Origin: an uncultured Chroococcidiopsis sp.
GTDB lineage: Bacteria > Cyanobacteriota > Cyanobacteriia > Cyanobacteriales > Chroococcidiopsidaceae
Assembly (NCBI GenBank): GCA_964248365.1
Contig: CAXTYC010000007.1
Coordinates: forward strand, 28,552-92,551
Direction: 5' to 3'
Length of the DNA stretch: 64,000 nt
Shown here: one piece after another, positions 42,431 through 53,975 of the stretch
How positions within the stretch are numbered: position 1 is the first letter of the stretch
Layout: each line of letters starts with the position of its first letter
Program-made: the position numbers and the translations under genes
Notes under the pieces: generated by a model
The model's database searches: none
What the model was told of the DNA's origin: nothing
Seen by the model: the letters and a program-made list of their open reading frames with translations, nothing else

Positions 42431-43006
42431 ATGTTTTCATCTGCATCTTTTGAAGAAAATGAGAATTCCTCCGCAGGTTCGGTTACGCTGACGGATGAAG
42501 TAGGGCGCTCACTTGAGTGTTACGTCGAGCGATCGCTGTTTATAGAGGATCAAGAATACCTTCTACTCCTACCTGTTGACGCAGCAATTGAAATCTTCGC
42601 TTGGGAGAGTAATGGCGAAGACGAAGAAGCGATCCCAGTCGAAGACGACGCTACCATTGAGCAAATCTTTTCCACCGCCGAGGCTGTCTTAGCTGAGCAA
42701 AATCTGATCCTCAAGCGTACTGCTTTTGCCTTAACAGTTGCAGGCGAATTACCTGCGGTTGAAGACACAGAATTATTTACCCTGGAAATTGAAGATGAAT
42801 CAGACTCTTTAGAACCAGAGCAATTACAATTACTTGCCAGTTTTTACTACGAAGAGCAAGAATACTCAATCTACACTCCTCTCGATCCACTACTATTCTT
42901 TGCTCGGTTGAATAGCTCTGGTCAACCTGAGTTACTATCTCCAGAAGAGTTCCAAAAAGTACAGCCGCTATTAGCAGAGCAGCTGTTTGACGAACTCGAA
43001 GAATAG
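42431..43006 (+). CDS. DUF3727 domain protein
   Basis: Acidic protein with LKRTAFALTVAGEL and YTPLDP; located between ruvX and mltG. Confidence 0.85.
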   Translation: MFSSASFEENENSSAGSVTLTDEVGRSLECYVERSLFIEDQEYLLLLPVDAAIEIFAWESNGEDEEAIPVEDDATIEQIFSTAEAVLAEQNLILKRTAFALTVAGELPAVEDTELFTLEIEDESDSLEPEQLQLLASFYYEEQEYSIYTPLDPLLFFARLNSSGQPELLSPEEFQKVQPLLAEQLFDELEE

Positions 43007-43063
43007 CATAAACTACTGCCAAGAGCAAGTAGTTGTTGAAGGCAACTAGCATAAAAGTGGCGT

Positions 43064-44128
43064 GTGAAAGTTTTGAAGTTACGATTAATTTTGGGTCTGC
43101 TACCAGTAGCTCTAGGAATAGGTGCATTATCCGGCTGGAGTTGGTGGAGTCGAGAAAGTAGTCCAATTCAAAACGCAGCAACAGCAAATGCAACAGCAGT
43201 ACAAGTGCGCATTCCCCCAGGTACAGCATCTGGACAAATCGGACAAAAGCTAGAATCAGCTGGAGTAATTCGCTCCACCCAGGCTTGGGATTTATGGGCG
43301 CGATGGCTAAACTGGCAAGACCCCAACGGCGGATTTAAAGCGGGAACTTATCAACTATCCCCAAAAGAGCCTCTATCTGAAATAGCAGATAAAATTTGGC
43401 ACGGTCGAGTTATACAGCAAACCTTCACAATACCTGAAGGCTGGTCAAGGCGGCAAATGGCAGCTTACTTTGAAGCACAAGGATTTTTCTCGCAAAGCGA
43501 ATTCTTAGCAGCAACAAGCCAGATTCCCCGCCAAGAGTTTCCCTGGCTACCCGCTGATCTACCTCATCTGGAAGGATTTTTGTACCCAGATACTTACAAG
43601 ATAAATAGCGGTCGAATTACGCCCCAAGCCATCGTCGAGCAAATGCTCAATCAATTTCAGACCGTAGCACTACCAATTTATCAACAAGGTAAGAACTCGT
43701 CTAATCTTGACCTCAAGCAATGGGTGACTCTTGCTAGTATCGTCGAAAAAGAAGCAGTCGTACCTGGGGAGCGATCGCGTATTGCTGGAGTATTCACCTC
43801 TAGACTACGTAAGGGAGTACCACTGGGGAGCGATCCTACTGTAGAATATGCTCTCAATATCCGTCAGACAGTAGATCAGCCCTTAACTTATGCACAAGTA
43901 AACACGCCTTCTCCTTACAACACCTATCGGAACATTGGATTACCACCTACTCCCATCGCTAGCCCTGGTATAGCAAGTTTAAAAGCAGCACTCCATCCAG
44001 AAAATACTCCTTACCTCTATTTTGTAGCGCGATACGATGGCACTCATGTGTTTAGTCGCACCCTAGCCGAGCATAGTGCAGCCCAAGCAGCTATCCGCAA
44101 GCAAGTAGATTCCCAACCAAAAAACTAA
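43064..44128 (+). CDS. mltG: Endolytic transglycosylase MltG
   Basis: TIPEG, LEGFLYPDTY, LASIVEKEA, SPYNTY, GLPPTPI. Confidence 0.96.
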   Translation: MKVLKLRLILGLLPVALGIGALSGWSWWSRESSPIQNAATANATAVQVRIPPGTASGQIGQKLESAGVIRSTQAWDLWARWLNWQDPNGGFKAGTYQLSPKEPLSEIADKIWHGRVIQQTFTIPEGWSRRQMAAYFEAQGFFSQSEFLAATSQIPRQEFPWLPADLPHLEGFLYPDTYKINSGRITPQAIVEQMLNQFQTVALPIYQQGKNSSNLDLKQWVTLASIVEKEAVVPGERSRIAGVFTSRLRKGVPLGSDPTVEYALNIRQTVDQPLTYAQVNTPSPYNTYRNIGLPPTPIASPGIASLKAALHPENTPYLYFVARYDGTHVFSRTLAEHSAAQAAIRKQVDSQPKN

Positions 44129-44335
44129 AGGGGAAAGGGAAAAGGGAAAAGGGAAAAGGGAAAAGGGGTAAAAGATGATGAGAAGATGAGGAGAAGCGGG
44201 AGAAATTCTCCCCATACCCTCATCCCCCCATCTCCCCAGTCCCTCTGCCCCCCAGCTCCCTTTTGCTCCCTTTTGCTCCCTCTCCCCCTCTCCCCCTCTC
44301 CCCCTCTCCCCTTCTTCTAGCCACTAGCCACTTAT

Positions 44336-44875
44336 ATGCCTTGGAACGAACTGTTACAGCCTGACTTAATCCTAGAAGACACAGTTTTGAATCTTACAAC
44401 CGAGATTATTGAGCAATACCAACTTAAAGGACTAGTACTGGATGTTGATGAAACACTAGTTCCCATCAAAGCAACAGAAGCTTCGGCAGCACTGCAAGAA
44501 TGGGTAGAGCAAACCAGAAAAGTGGTAAAGCTATGGCTAGTGAGTAACAATCTCAGTGATACACGCATTGGCGGTATTGCTAAGTCCTTGAATCTACCTT
44601 ACATCCTTGGTGCAGTCAAACCTTCTCGACGCAAATTAAGACGGGCGGTGCAGCAAATGAATTTGCCAGTCGAGCAGGTAGCAATGGTTGGCGATCGCTT
44701 GTTTACTGATGTGCTTGCCGGAAATCGCTTAGGTATGTTTACTATCTTGGTTGAACCAATCGTCGATCCTGGTGAAGCTGTCCGCTCCTATCCTGTACGT
44801 AGCTTTGAAGTCTTGGTATCCCAGGTCTTGGGAGCCTCAATCACCCCCAAATCTACAAAAATTAACAAACACTAA
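44336..44875 (+). CDS. yqeG: YqeG-family HAD IIIA phosphatase
   Basis: DVDETL, VSNN, KP, MVGDRLFTDVLAGNRLG. Confidence 0.92.
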   Translation: MPWNELLQPDLILEDTVLNLTTEIIEQYQLKGLVLDVDETLVPIKATEASAALQEWVEQTRKVVKLWLVSNNLSDTRIGGIAKSLNLPYILGAVKPSRRKLRRAVQQMNLPVEQVAMVGDRLFTDVLAGNRLGMFTILVEPIVDPGEAVRSYPVRSFEVLVSQVLGASITPKSTKINKH

Positions 44876-44955
44876 TAAATCTTCACATAAGTAAATATTA
44901 AGAAATAATTAAGCCAATATGTCTTTTGGTAGATTTATGAGAATATAATTGAAGT

Positions 44956-45052
44956 TAATAAAGGGTCCAGCCAATAAAGACCCAGCCATAAATCTCTACC
45001 TATAAATTTCTAAAGCGTCAGCCCTCAAACATAGAGGAACTGGCGCTTTATA
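44956..45052 (+). ncRNA. Candidate small RNA between yqeG and proB
   Basis: TATAAT at 44944; GGGTC/GACCC hairpin; CCAGCCA twice; closing hairpin TAAAGCGTCAG...CTGGCGCTTTA. Confidence 0.35.
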
Positions 45053-45195
45053 ATTGAGGGGCTAGGGGCGGTCGGCTAGGGGCTGGGGAGAGGGGGAGAT
45101 GAAAGAATTAAATATTCTGTCGTGGGTCGATCTTCGTGGGTCTCCTTTCCCCTTTTCCCCTTCCTAGCCCCTAGCCCCTAGCCCCTAGCCACTAG

Positions 45196-46308
45196 ATGAT
45201 GTCGCAAACGATTGTTGTCAAAATTGGTACTTCCAGTCTAACTGTGCCAGAAACAGGATTGCTGGCGCTCTCTACCATTGCTACTTTGGCGGAAACGTTA
45301 AGTCAGTTGCGTCGGCAAGGTGATCGAGTAATTTTGGTTTCTTCGGGAGCTGTAGGAGTAGGCTGCGCTCGTTTGGGACTAACCGAAAGACCCCGCGCGA
45401 TCGCACTCAAACAAGCAGTAGCAGCAGTCGGTCAGGGGCGCTTAATGCGTGTCTATGACGATCTATTTACTACCCTGCAACAGCCAATAGCCCAAGTCCT
45501 CCTTACTCGTAGTGACTTAGTGCGGCGCAGCCGTTATCTAAATGTCTCTAACACATTTGAAGCACTGCTGGAACTGGGAGTAATTCCCGTAGTGAATGAA
45601 AATGATACGGTAGCAGTCGAGGAATTAAAATTTGGAGACAATGACACCCTCTCAGCACTAGTTGCTAGTCTAGTAGAAGCAGATTGGCTGTTTTTGTTAA
45701 CTGATGTAGATCGGCTTTATTCAGCCGATCCGCGTTCTTTCCCTGATGCCCAACCAATTACTTTAGTCAAACATATTGAGCAATTAGCTCAATTGCAAAT
45801 ACAAACAGGCACTCAAGGTTCTGGGTGGGGAACTGGGGGCATGGTAACAAAAATTTCAGCCGCGCGAATTGCCATTGCTGCGGGTGTGCGTACAGTCATT
45901 ACTCAGGGAAGGTTCCCGCGCAATATTGAAAAAATTTTGCAGGGGGAACCTATAGGTACTCAGTTTGAACCCCAAACCCAACCTAACAACGCTCGTAAAC
46001 GCTGGATTGCCTATGGTTTAATTCCTGTTGGTAAGCTTTTCTTAGATGACGGAGCAGTTGCAGCAATTAGCGGGGCGGGTAAATCTTTGCTAGCAGCCGG
46101 AATTACTGCTGTTGAGGGAGATTTCGACGCTCAAGAGGCGGTACAGTTATGCGACAAAAACGGTGGGGAAGTTGCCAGAGGAATTGTCAACTATAGCAGC
46201 GCCCAACTGAAGCAGATTCGTGGACGACACTCTAGAGAAATATCTGCCATTTTGGGTTACGCTGGTGCAGAAACTGTTGTCCACCGTGATAATCTAGTTT
46301 TGATTTAA
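45196..46308 (+). CDS. proB: Glutamate 5-kinase
   Basis: [35 protein letters not shown] domain. Confidence 0.97.
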   Translation: MMSQTIVVKIGTSSLTVPETGLLALSTIATLAETLSQLRRQGDRVILVSSGAVGVGCARLGLTERPRAIALKQAVAAVGQGRLMRVYDDLFTTLQQPIAQVLLTRSDLVRRSRYLNVSNTFEALLELGVIPVVNENDTVAVEELKFGDNDTLSALVASLVEADWLFLLTDVDRLYSADPRSFPDAQPITLVKHIEQLAQLQIQTGTQGSGWGTGGMVTKISAARIAIAAGVRTVITQGRFPRNIEKILQGEPIGTQFEPQTQPNNARKRWIAYGLIPVGKLFLDDGAVAAISGAGKSLLAAGITAVEGDFDAQEAVQLCDKNGGEVARGIVNYSSAQLKQIRGRHSREISAILGYAGAETVVHRDNLVLI

Positions 46309-46361
46309 TAATTTTTCTAATATTTTTCGCTCCTAGGCAGCAGCCCAGAAGCGAGAGTAAA

Positions 46362-47648
46362 TTATTGCGTGGCTCTAAAAGTATTAATTTGCTGGCGAAT
46401 AGAATCGGTCTTTGCTAGTAAATCGGTTTGTGCGATCGCACTTTGTTCTTTCGTAGCCATCCACTTGAGCTTAACCGTTTGATTTGCTGCTTCCTCATCT
46501 CCTAAAATTAGGCAAGCAACTGCCCCGCTACGATCTGCACGAGTAAATTGTTTTTTAAAGCCGCTACCACTAAGATCTAATTCAACGCTAAACCCAGCCA
46601 TCCGCAGCTTGTGAGCTAAAATCAGAGCTTGGGGTTCAGCCAAATCGCCTTTAGAAACCACGTAGAAATCTAACGTTGATAGAGGTGATGCTTTCAGCTT
46701 TTGTAGTAGTATAATCAGGCGTTCTAAACCAATTGCCCAGCCTACAGCAGGCGTATCCGAGCCACCCAACTGAGCTATTAAGTTATCATAGCGACCGCCA
46801 CCACAAACGGTTGCTTGCGCTCCCAAATCATCAGAGAGAATTTCAAAAGCTGTGTGGGTGTAGTAGTCTAAACCTCTTACTAATCTAGAATTAATCTGAT
46901 AGTTAATTCCCAGATCACTCAACAGTTTCTGTACCCGCTCAAAGTGTTGCTGAGAGTAAGAACCGAGATAATCTAATATACTGGGAGCATTTTGGGCAAT
47001 TTCTTGTGTGCGGTTGTCTTTACTATCTAGAATCCGTAGGGGATTACGACCCAAACGATCCTGGGAATCTGGATCTAATTCTTCTTTGTAAGGCGTAAAG
47101 TAATCAACCAAAGCTTGCCGATAATTCTGCCTATCTTCTAAATTTCCCACCGAGTTGATATCTAGGTACAGATTTTTCAGCCCTAGGGTTTGAAGTATAT
47201 CGGTAGCGATCGCAATTACCTCAACATCTGCTCGTGGATCGGGACTACCTATAACCTCTACGCCTAATTGGTGAAACTGCCGCTGTCGCCCTGCTTGAGG
47301 TCGTTCGTAGCGAAACATTGGTCCAGTGTACCACAAACGTTGTACACCGCCAGAGCTATCAAGACCATGTTCAATTAGCGATCGCACTACTCCTGCTGTA
47401 CCTTCAGGACGCAGGGTAATCGAGCGATCGCCCCGATCCATAAAAGTATACATTTCCTTTCCTACTACATCAGTAGCTTCCCCAATACCTCGCTCAAACA
47501 ATGCCGTTTGCTCAAAAATCGGGGTACGAATTTCCCGATATGTAGCTCTTGTCAAAATATCTCGCGCCGTTGCTTCTACCCATTGCCAATAGGCAACTTC
47601 ATCCGGCAGAATGTCCCGCGTTCCGCGTAATGCCTGAATTTCACCCAT
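46362..47648 (-). CDS. hisS: Histidine--tRNA ligase
   Basis: [36 protein letters not shown]. Confidence 0.98.
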   Translation of the reverse strand: MGEIQALRGTRDILPDEVAYWQWVEATARDILTRATYREIRTPIFEQTALFERGIGEATDVVGKEMYTFMDRGDRSITLRPEGTAGVVRSLIEHGLDSSGGVQRLWYTGPMFRYERPQAGRQRQFHQLGVEVIGSPDPRADVEVIAIATDILQTLGLKNLYLDINSVGNLEDRQNYRQALVDYFTPYKEELDPDSQDRLGRNPLRILDSKDNRTQEIAQNAPSILDYLGSYSQQHFERVQKLLSDLGINYQINSRLVRGLDYYTHTAFEILSDDLGAQATVCGGGRYDNLIAQLGGSDTPAVGWAIGLERLIILLQKLKASPLSTLDFYVVSKGDLAEPQALILAHKLRMAGFSVELDLSGSGFKKQFTRADRSGAVACLILGDEEAANQTVKLKWMATKEQSAIAQTDLLAKTDSIRQQINTFRATQ

Positions 47649-47709
47649 TAATTCTTAACGTAACTTTGCTCTTTCTCCCTGCTTTGCCCAAGAACCATTT
47701 ACTATTAGC

Positions 47710-47997
47710 CTAAGAATTAATTACCTCTAAAGCACCGTAAAGGTTCTGATAGTAAGCCAAAATTTGGTCTACTAACTCCCGACTCTCCAAGCCAGTTGTT
47801 GGAGCGTACCCAATCCACAATCCGCCAACCTGACTTTGATTGTAATCAAACTGCTGGGATGTTTGTGGGTATAAACCTGTTTCTACCCCATCGACTTGAC
47901 GTAGATGGGCGGAGATTTCCCTATACACTGCCAGAGGCAAACTAGGAAACCTAATTTCATACTTTAACTTACTATCTTGCCTTGTTTGCATTTTCAT
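47710..47997 (-). CDS. Hypothetical protein (likely conserved in cyanobacteria)
   Basis: LPLAVYREISAHLRQVDGV, FDYNQSQVGGL. Confidence 0.75.
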   Translation of the reverse strand: MKMQTRQDSKLKYEIRFPSLPLAVYREISAHLRQVDGVETGLYPQTSQQFDYNQSQVGGLWIGYAPTTGLESRELVDQILAYYQNLYGALEVINS

Positions 47998-48599
47998 TAT
48001 GGATTAAGTAGGTGCGATCGCATTTGTAATTTTCAGATCTTGCACTCCCTGTTCTTGAAACAGGCAAAATGCCTGTTCCACTAGAAACAGCTTTTAGCTT
48101 TTGTCAGATAGGAACCTCCAGCCTGCCCTCTTCAAGATGCAAAATGTAAGTAATTATTAACAGGCTCAAGGCAGTTAATTCCCTAAAAGAGTTAATACTG
48201 TGTTCCCCCCTTAAGAAGGGGGTTAGAGGGGATCGAGATCCTATTTTTAGTGCGTAACTCCTGATTAATTTACAATTCACATTCAATGTGAATTAGCATA
48301 ACTCGACGCAGGTAGTATTTAAAGACAATTTCGTTCCCAGGCTAAGCTTGGGAACGAGGAATAAGTCAGCTAATACACGGATTTACGATGCCCAGATTTT
48401 GGATTGATACTGTCGGCTTTTCAAATGGGGCTTGAGGATGCCCTGATTAACAATGCCCAGATTTGTGCCGATTGCAACCGATAGGGCATGAACCGATTAA
48501 CTCTAATAGACCTCTTGCACGAATGACCTGTAAGGGCGGGTTAAGACACTATCTCAAAATAGTTTAACTGCCAGTTGTATCAGCGCTACTGCGACGGCT

Positions 48600-49406
48600 T
48601 TACTGTCTAGCACGAAACGAAAAAACTGCGTCACCGATTTGGACAGGCGCGATTGTGGATGTTGATGCTGTACTCAATACTATCTCCCGCAGCCGATTCA
48701 TCTGCCCAGCAACAATCCTAAGATGCGGTCTTGGTAAAGTTGCCTCCTTTAGGAGCTTGTTCCAAAGTGTCTGAGAACCATTTGATTCTACGATGACTGT
48801 ATGAACACCTGTGATCTGATACCTGCCACCCCTTTGTGCTGTAAGTTTCTCACTTGCCTGTTTGCGAATCTGAGCGATGTCACAGTGGTAGTGACAGATC
48901 AAGCACATTGACTGCCCACCAGTGTGAGAGACTACTTTTCGCAACTGCTGTGATTTCAGCAGCAGATTTGACAACTGCGATATGGCTCTAGCCAACAGAT
49001 TATCAGCACCCAGCATTCCCAGTGTGTATGGAGCAGGCACAGGTGTGTCTAACAGACCTTCGAGCAAGGTTGTAGACCAACTCCATGAAATGCCATTATC
49101 AATAATTGAGGTTTGTAGCGGTAGAGTGTGGCGGATTCCAGCTTGTTGAAGCCAGGTTATTGTGTCCCAAATATTTAAGCAAGACTCAAAAGCAATTCCG
49201 TATAAGTAAGGGCAAGCAACTGGCTCAGTCCCAATTTTCAAGAACTCGACATCTAGATTACCGATGCGAATCAAGCCACTGGTAAAATCGCCATAGTCTC
49301 GCACAGGTCTTATAATTGGCACGTCGAGGGCAGCAGCAGCATATTCGAGATCCTTATGCGGGTAAGCAGATCTAACAATTACATGGTCAATCGCTACTAG
49401 GATCAT
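48600..49406 (-). CDS. VOC/glyoxalase-like family protein
   Basis: IDHVIV N-terminus; LIRIGNLDVEFL; GIAFE. Confidence 0.65.
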   Translation of the reverse strand: MILVAIDHVIVRSAYPHKDLEYAAAALDVPIIRPVRDYGDFTSGLIRIGNLDVEFLKIGTEPVACPYLYGIAFESCLNIWDTITWLQQAGIRHTLPLQTSIIDNGISWSWSTTLLEGLLDTPVPAPYTLGMLGADNLLARAISQLSNLLLKSQQLRKVVSHTGGQSMCLICHYHCDIAQIRKQASEKLTAQRGGRYQITGVHTVIVESNGSQTLWNKLLKEATLPRPHLRIVAGQMNRLREIVLSTASTSTIAPVQIGDAVFSFRARQ

Positions 49407-49663
49407 CGTTTATACCGCTATTATGAAAGACTTAGAGGCTATCTCAAAACTGCACAATCGATGATATCCCTCATTATCTCCCTTTTTAAGAGGGACTTAA
49501 AACTAGGGCAAGGGGGAGCTGACAAGGGCTAAAAGGGTGAAAAGATAGATTCTAAGTGAATATCTTTGATAAATGTTGGGTAGGTAGGGAGCCGTGAAGC
49601 TTCTTACCTACCCGACACAAGTCTAATCTAAAATCTAAAATCGGTAATCAAAAGATGAGCTAC

Positions 49664-50938
49664 TCAGCGGCGATTGAGAATTCGGGATATCATTTGTTGT
49701 CTATAAGTTCTTGCCTCGCTATTTGATTTGGCTGCGGCTGATGAGCCAGTCGAGTGCGATGAGGAGTGGAGTAATTGAAATATCAGTTTTTGCCTATGTA
49801 TTCTTGCCTGATTAGTTGATTGTTGGGCTGGCGATGGAGTACGAACTGCTGGTGGTGGAAAATCTGGCTCTTGCACAGCAGCTGTCGATTGTTTTGGTAA
49901 ATAATTGTTTGATTCTAGCTTTGGCGATGGAGTACGAACTGCTGGTGGTGGAAAATCTGGCTCTTGCACAGCAGCTGCCGATTGTTCTGGTAAATTATTG
50001 TTTGATTCTAGCTTTGGCAATGTTCCAGTGCTAGGTGGTGGTGGAAGATTAGGTAGTTGTTCTATTTTTGAGTTACTTTTAAGTCCTTTAGTTGGCGGCA
50101 GTTGAGGAACTGGAATGGCGGCGGTGGAAGAGTTTTGTAACAGACTGTTGAATTGCGCGCTAGACGATGGGCTACTGGTTTGCGACAGTGGGGAACTCAG
50201 GATAGCAGCTGTAGGTTTACCTGGTTTGTCTTTTTCTTCTGGCGCAGCTGGTTCATCGCCTACTGCTCTAGTAACTTCTATGCCGTTTTGCTCTAGAATT
50301 ACTACTGGCTCAGAGCCTGGAGACATTTCAATTCTTTTTACTAATACCTGACCATCCGACAGCCGTTGTCCCACAGTTACATATCGACTTGTCGCTTCAG
50401 TCGGTACTTTGACAATTGCTTGAAGTTCATTAGCGACTTCCACTACACCCACAACAGTAACGCCTTTTGCCAAATCTGGTTGTGGTGGTTGAATCGGTGC
50501 AGGAGGAGGCAATGGTGTTGGTTTTACAACAACCGGTTGCGGTTGCGGTGGTTTAATTGGAGGTTTAGGTATAGGAACAACTTTTGGCTTCGCAATAACT
50601 ACCTTCGGTATTGTGAACAGCCCAGCAAATGGGTCAGGGCGACCCTGTTGCACTTGTTTTGTCCGCTGGTTAGCGTTGGTTGGTGGGATTAATCCAGCAG
50701 CAGAGGAAAATCCAGGCGTGGGAGGATTTTGTGCCACTATTGTTGGCGTAGCTGGTTTTTGAGGAGTTTGAGGCGCAGACTTTTCAACTTTGTCAGTTGG
50801 TTTAACAGTAGGTTGAGCAGTAGGTTGAACAGTAGTACTAGAAGTATTTGAGTTGTTTTCTGCTCTACCTGATCCACATCCAGTTATTGTCAGAGCCAAC
50901 ATTCCTACAAAGGTGGTGGTGATTGAAAGTCGATGCAT
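49664..50938 (-). CDS. Proline-rich lipoprotein with PilP-like domain
   Basis: ITGC lipobox; RPDPF; GVVEV...AIVKVP...YVTVGQRL...VKRI; 93-bp internal duplication; downstream of sigF. Confidence 0.7.
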   Translation of the reverse strand: MHRLSITTTFVGMLALTITGCGSGRAENNSNTSSTTVQPTAQPTVKPTDKVEKSAPQTPQKPATPTIVAQNPPTPGFSSAAGLIPPTNANQRTKQVQQGRPDPFAGLFTIPKVVIAKPKVVPIPKPPIKPPQPQPVVVKPTPLPPPAPIQPPQPDLAKGVTVVGVVEVANELQAIVKVPTEATSRYVTVGQRLSDGQVLVKRIEMSPGSEPVVILEQNGIEVTRAVGDEPAAPEEKDKPGKPTAAILSSPLSQTSSPSSSAQFNSLLQNSSTAAIPVPQLPPTKGLKSNSKIEQLPNLPPPPSTGTLPKLESNNNLPEQSAAAVQEPDFPPPAVRTPSPKLESNNYLPKQSTAAVQEPDFPPPAVRTPSPAQQSTNQARIHRQKLIFQLLHSSSHSTGSSAAAKSNSEARTYRQQMISRILNRR

Positions 50939-51131
50939 TGCCCGTTCCTTAACAGCTAGATTCAAAATTAAACCAATGGAAACTTAATTATTAGACCTCT
51001 TGCAAAAGGTAACTTTTACAAGAGGTGGGAAAAGCTTAAAGGTTAAAAATATTTATACAATTCGTTCGCAAACCCTAGCTTTTTCCTTTTCCCCTTTGCC
51101 TTTAACCTTTTCCCAGCCCCAAGGACGTTGA

Positions 51132-51914
51132 TTATTCATCGTTGCCAACCATCAATTTTTTTAATGCTGTCAGCCCCTTTTTAACACAACGAGAAACAGT
51201 TACAACACTAATACCTAATCGTTCTGCCACTTCTTTTTGGGTCAAATCATAGAAAAATACGAACTCTAAAACCTCGTGAGTTCGCTGCTCTAGCTGCACC
51301 AGAGCTTGTTGTAAGCGCATTTGGTCTTCTTGAGACAGTTGAAAACTGCGATATTGATGGTCAGGAACCATTTCTCCTAAAGAAGTTGACCCATCTTCAT
51401 CATGCACGGGAGTATCCAAGCTTAGGGGAGAGCGATTAGCCCAGGCTAGTTTTATTTCCTGCCATTCGGCTACAGAAATTAAAAGCGCTGCTGCTACTTC
51501 AGTATCAGTTGGTTGACGGTTGTGCTTTGTACGCCATTCTTGGGTAAATCCCATTGCTTGTTGCTGTAAGGCAAGCCAGCGTCTAGGCATTCGCATCAGA
51601 ACACCTTTATCTCGCAGATAGTGTTGAATTTCGCCCCGAATGTAAGGAACGGCAAAAGAACTGAAGGCATGACCCTTAGACAGTTCAAACCGTTCAATGG
51701 CTCTAATTAAGCCCATACAACCTACTTGCAACAAATCATCATAGCCTTCGGTACATTGATTACTCCAGAAGTGTGCTTCTTTCCTAACCAATCCCATGTT
51801 AAGTGTTACCAGTTGATTACGTATTGCTGCCGAGCGAGTTTGTTCATAGTCTCGCAGCAGTTGAACACTCTCACGCTTCAACTCAGGATTAATTGAAGTA
51901 TAAGTCAAAACCAT
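51132..51914 (-). CDS. sigF: Group 3 RNA polymerase sigma factor SigF
   Basis: RNQLVTLNMGLVRKEAH, DLLQVG, FAVPYIRGEIQHYLRDK, LTQKEVAERLGIS. Confidence 0.92.
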   Translation of the reverse strand: MVLTYTSINPELKRESVQLLRDYEQTRSAAIRNQLVTLNMGLVRKEAHFWSNQCTEGYDDLLQVGCMGLIRAIERFELSKGHAFSSFAVPYIRGEIQHYLRDKGVLMRMPRRWLALQQQAMGFTQEWRTKHNRQPTDTEVAAALLISVAEWQEIKLAWANRSPLSLDTPVHDEDGSTSLGEMVPDHQYRSFQLSQEDQMRLQQALVQLEQRTHEVLEFVFFYDLTQKEVAERLGISVVTVSRCVKKGLTALKKLMVGNDE

Positions 51915-52396
51915 AAATATTAGTTAGTAAGTGATATTACTGGAGCTACTAATGCGTGTCACGATTGCTTTGTATAGCATTATGAGACAAACAATCAAAG
52001 ATAGAAAAGGCGCTCAAACATTTATAAGAACATTACTAGCTATCAATGTAGTTATTTGTTTGATAGGATTTAAAAAGTCTCAATTGGTTTTTCTAGCTCT
52101 ACTAAAACTGATTTTTAACAACAATTAAGGGTATAAACTTTTCTACAATTACTGCTACCGAAATTCCACTGATCTTTGATTGTGGTAGCAATTTTTCTAC
52201 TGATAAACCCTTAAAATATAGCGGTTCTCGCCCCCTGTGAAGTACGGTTACTTTGGTAATGGGTAATGGGTAATGGGAAAGCTCGTCTTGGAGTGGGGGA
52301 ATACCAGTTCCCAGTTACCAACTACCAATTACCAATCACCAACCGCCAGTTACCTTTTTCCGGCTTGCTCTGGATTAAGTATTTTTAATAGTGTGT

Positions 52397-52420
52397 AAAA
52401 AAAGGGGGCTAGATGCCCCC
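52397..52420 (-). terminator. Rho-independent terminator of psbO
   Basis: GGGGGCATCTAGCCCCCTTTTTTT on the minus strand. Confidence 0.75.
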
Positions 52421-52506
52421 TGGTATGGGTTTTAGGTTAGAGCCTTCAAGAAGCTAGACCTTAGCCCTAAAATTCGATTCTCCTGACAGTTGACAGTTAA
52501 CTGCTT

Positions 52507-53355
52507 TTAGGTTTGTGCCTGTGTTGGTTCAATCCGAGCATAAAATAGACCACGAAGCTTGACTTCCATAGCTTCTTTCGCTCCCATATCTGTATCAGAA
52601 GGCTGATCGCTCTCGAAAGTACCAGCAATTTCGCCTGTGCTGTTATCAACTTTAGCCACTCGGAGAGAAATTTTGCCTTTGCCAATTCCATGTTGCTTGG
52701 TATTAGCACGAGCAAGGTCTTCATCGTCGGCTTGACCTGGAAGCGCTACGGCATTGTCATAACCAGTGGTAACACCGCGTCCCTTGGGATCGAGGAAGTT
52801 AGCACTGCGATAGGATGGGACTCTAAAAGTACCTTCAAAGTCGGTGGAAGTGTTTATGCTAGTCAAACCTGGTTGGGTTTGGGCTTCTAAGCCTTTAACG
52901 GTAAACAGGAAAGGTACTCGCTCACCACCTGGTAATTGAACGGTAATAGCTTGGAAATCTAGACCATCTTGTTCCTTGAAGGTCAAGCTACCATCTGTGT
53001 TTACATCCAGTTTGCCTTGTACTTGGTCAATCGTGGAGGTGTAGCGAGTCAACAATTTACCAGCAATAAATTCTGCTTCTTGGCGTTTGTTGACTGGTTC
53101 TTCTTTAACAAAGAAAGTGGTTGGCTCTAAGCACATTTCAACCAATCTATAGGATTGATTTGAATCAATAGCGATCGAACCGCGAGTTGTTTCTCCCAAC
53201 TGCGGACATTTGTTAGCAAGACCAGTGCCTCTGATCTGTTCATAAGTCATTAAGTCCTTACCACCTCCAGCAGTGTTGGAACCGCCGTCACTGCAAGCAG
53301 TTAGAAACCCTATACACAAAGCTACAAGTGCAACAATTAATGCGCGATACCTCAT
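52507..53355 (-). CDS. psbO: Photosystem II manganese-stabilising protein
   Basis: GTGLANKCP, DFQAITVQLPGGERVPFLFT, FLDPKGRG, QPSDTDMG. Confidence 0.98.
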   Translation of the reverse strand: MRYRALIVALVALCIGFLTACSDGGSNTAGGGKDLMTYEQIRGTGLANKCPQLGETTRGSIAIDSNQSYRLVEMCLEPTTFFVKEEPVNKRQEAEFIAGKLLTRYTSTIDQVQGKLDVNTDGSLTFKEQDGLDFQAITVQLPGGERVPFLFTVKGLEAQTQPGLTSINTSTDFEGTFRVPSYRSANFLDPKGRGVTTGYDNAVALPGQADDEDLARANTKQHGIGKGKISLRVAKVDNSTGEIAGTFESDQPSDTDMGAKEAMEVKLRGLFYARIEPTQAQT

Positions 53356-53975
53356 GGTCAACCTCAATTTTTAACTTCAGTATCTAACCAATAAAAATTC
53401 TGGCGATTGTAAATGAAAATCGGGCGAATATTGGCTTTCATTACCAAGAGTATAGTTTTTTGTTTGATAGACGAATACAAACAATTGCCTATATAGCAAC
53501 TCTAATGATGCATGAAATTTTACCTGGTGGCTGTTATAAGTCCATAGTACGAGTGTCAAGCGCCCAAGCAAGGCTAAGCGTTTATATTTTTGACTCTTGA
53601 TTAATAACTCTTAACTAATGACCACCACCACCAGTATTTCATGACTCAGATGAGATTGCTATAGTGCTGTGTTTGTAAGGTGTGAACCCCTACTAAACTT
53701 AAACACTTATCAACCCCTGGGACAAGCGCTCATATAGAATGATTCAACCGAGATCCCAATACAGAATTTTACACGGCGATGTCGCTTTTACAATGAGTTT
53801 TTAGCCCAAAAGCAGCGATCGCTCTTGCAGCGAAGTCTCTATTGTCCCCCAAGTCTTCCCTTATCCCTCAAATTGCCTCGCTTCTAGGTAATGGAGTTGG
53901 CGATCAAAATTAGGTAGAAATTCCGGTACATTGAAACTGACTAAACTTATAGACAGTTGTGGCGGGAATAGAGGC

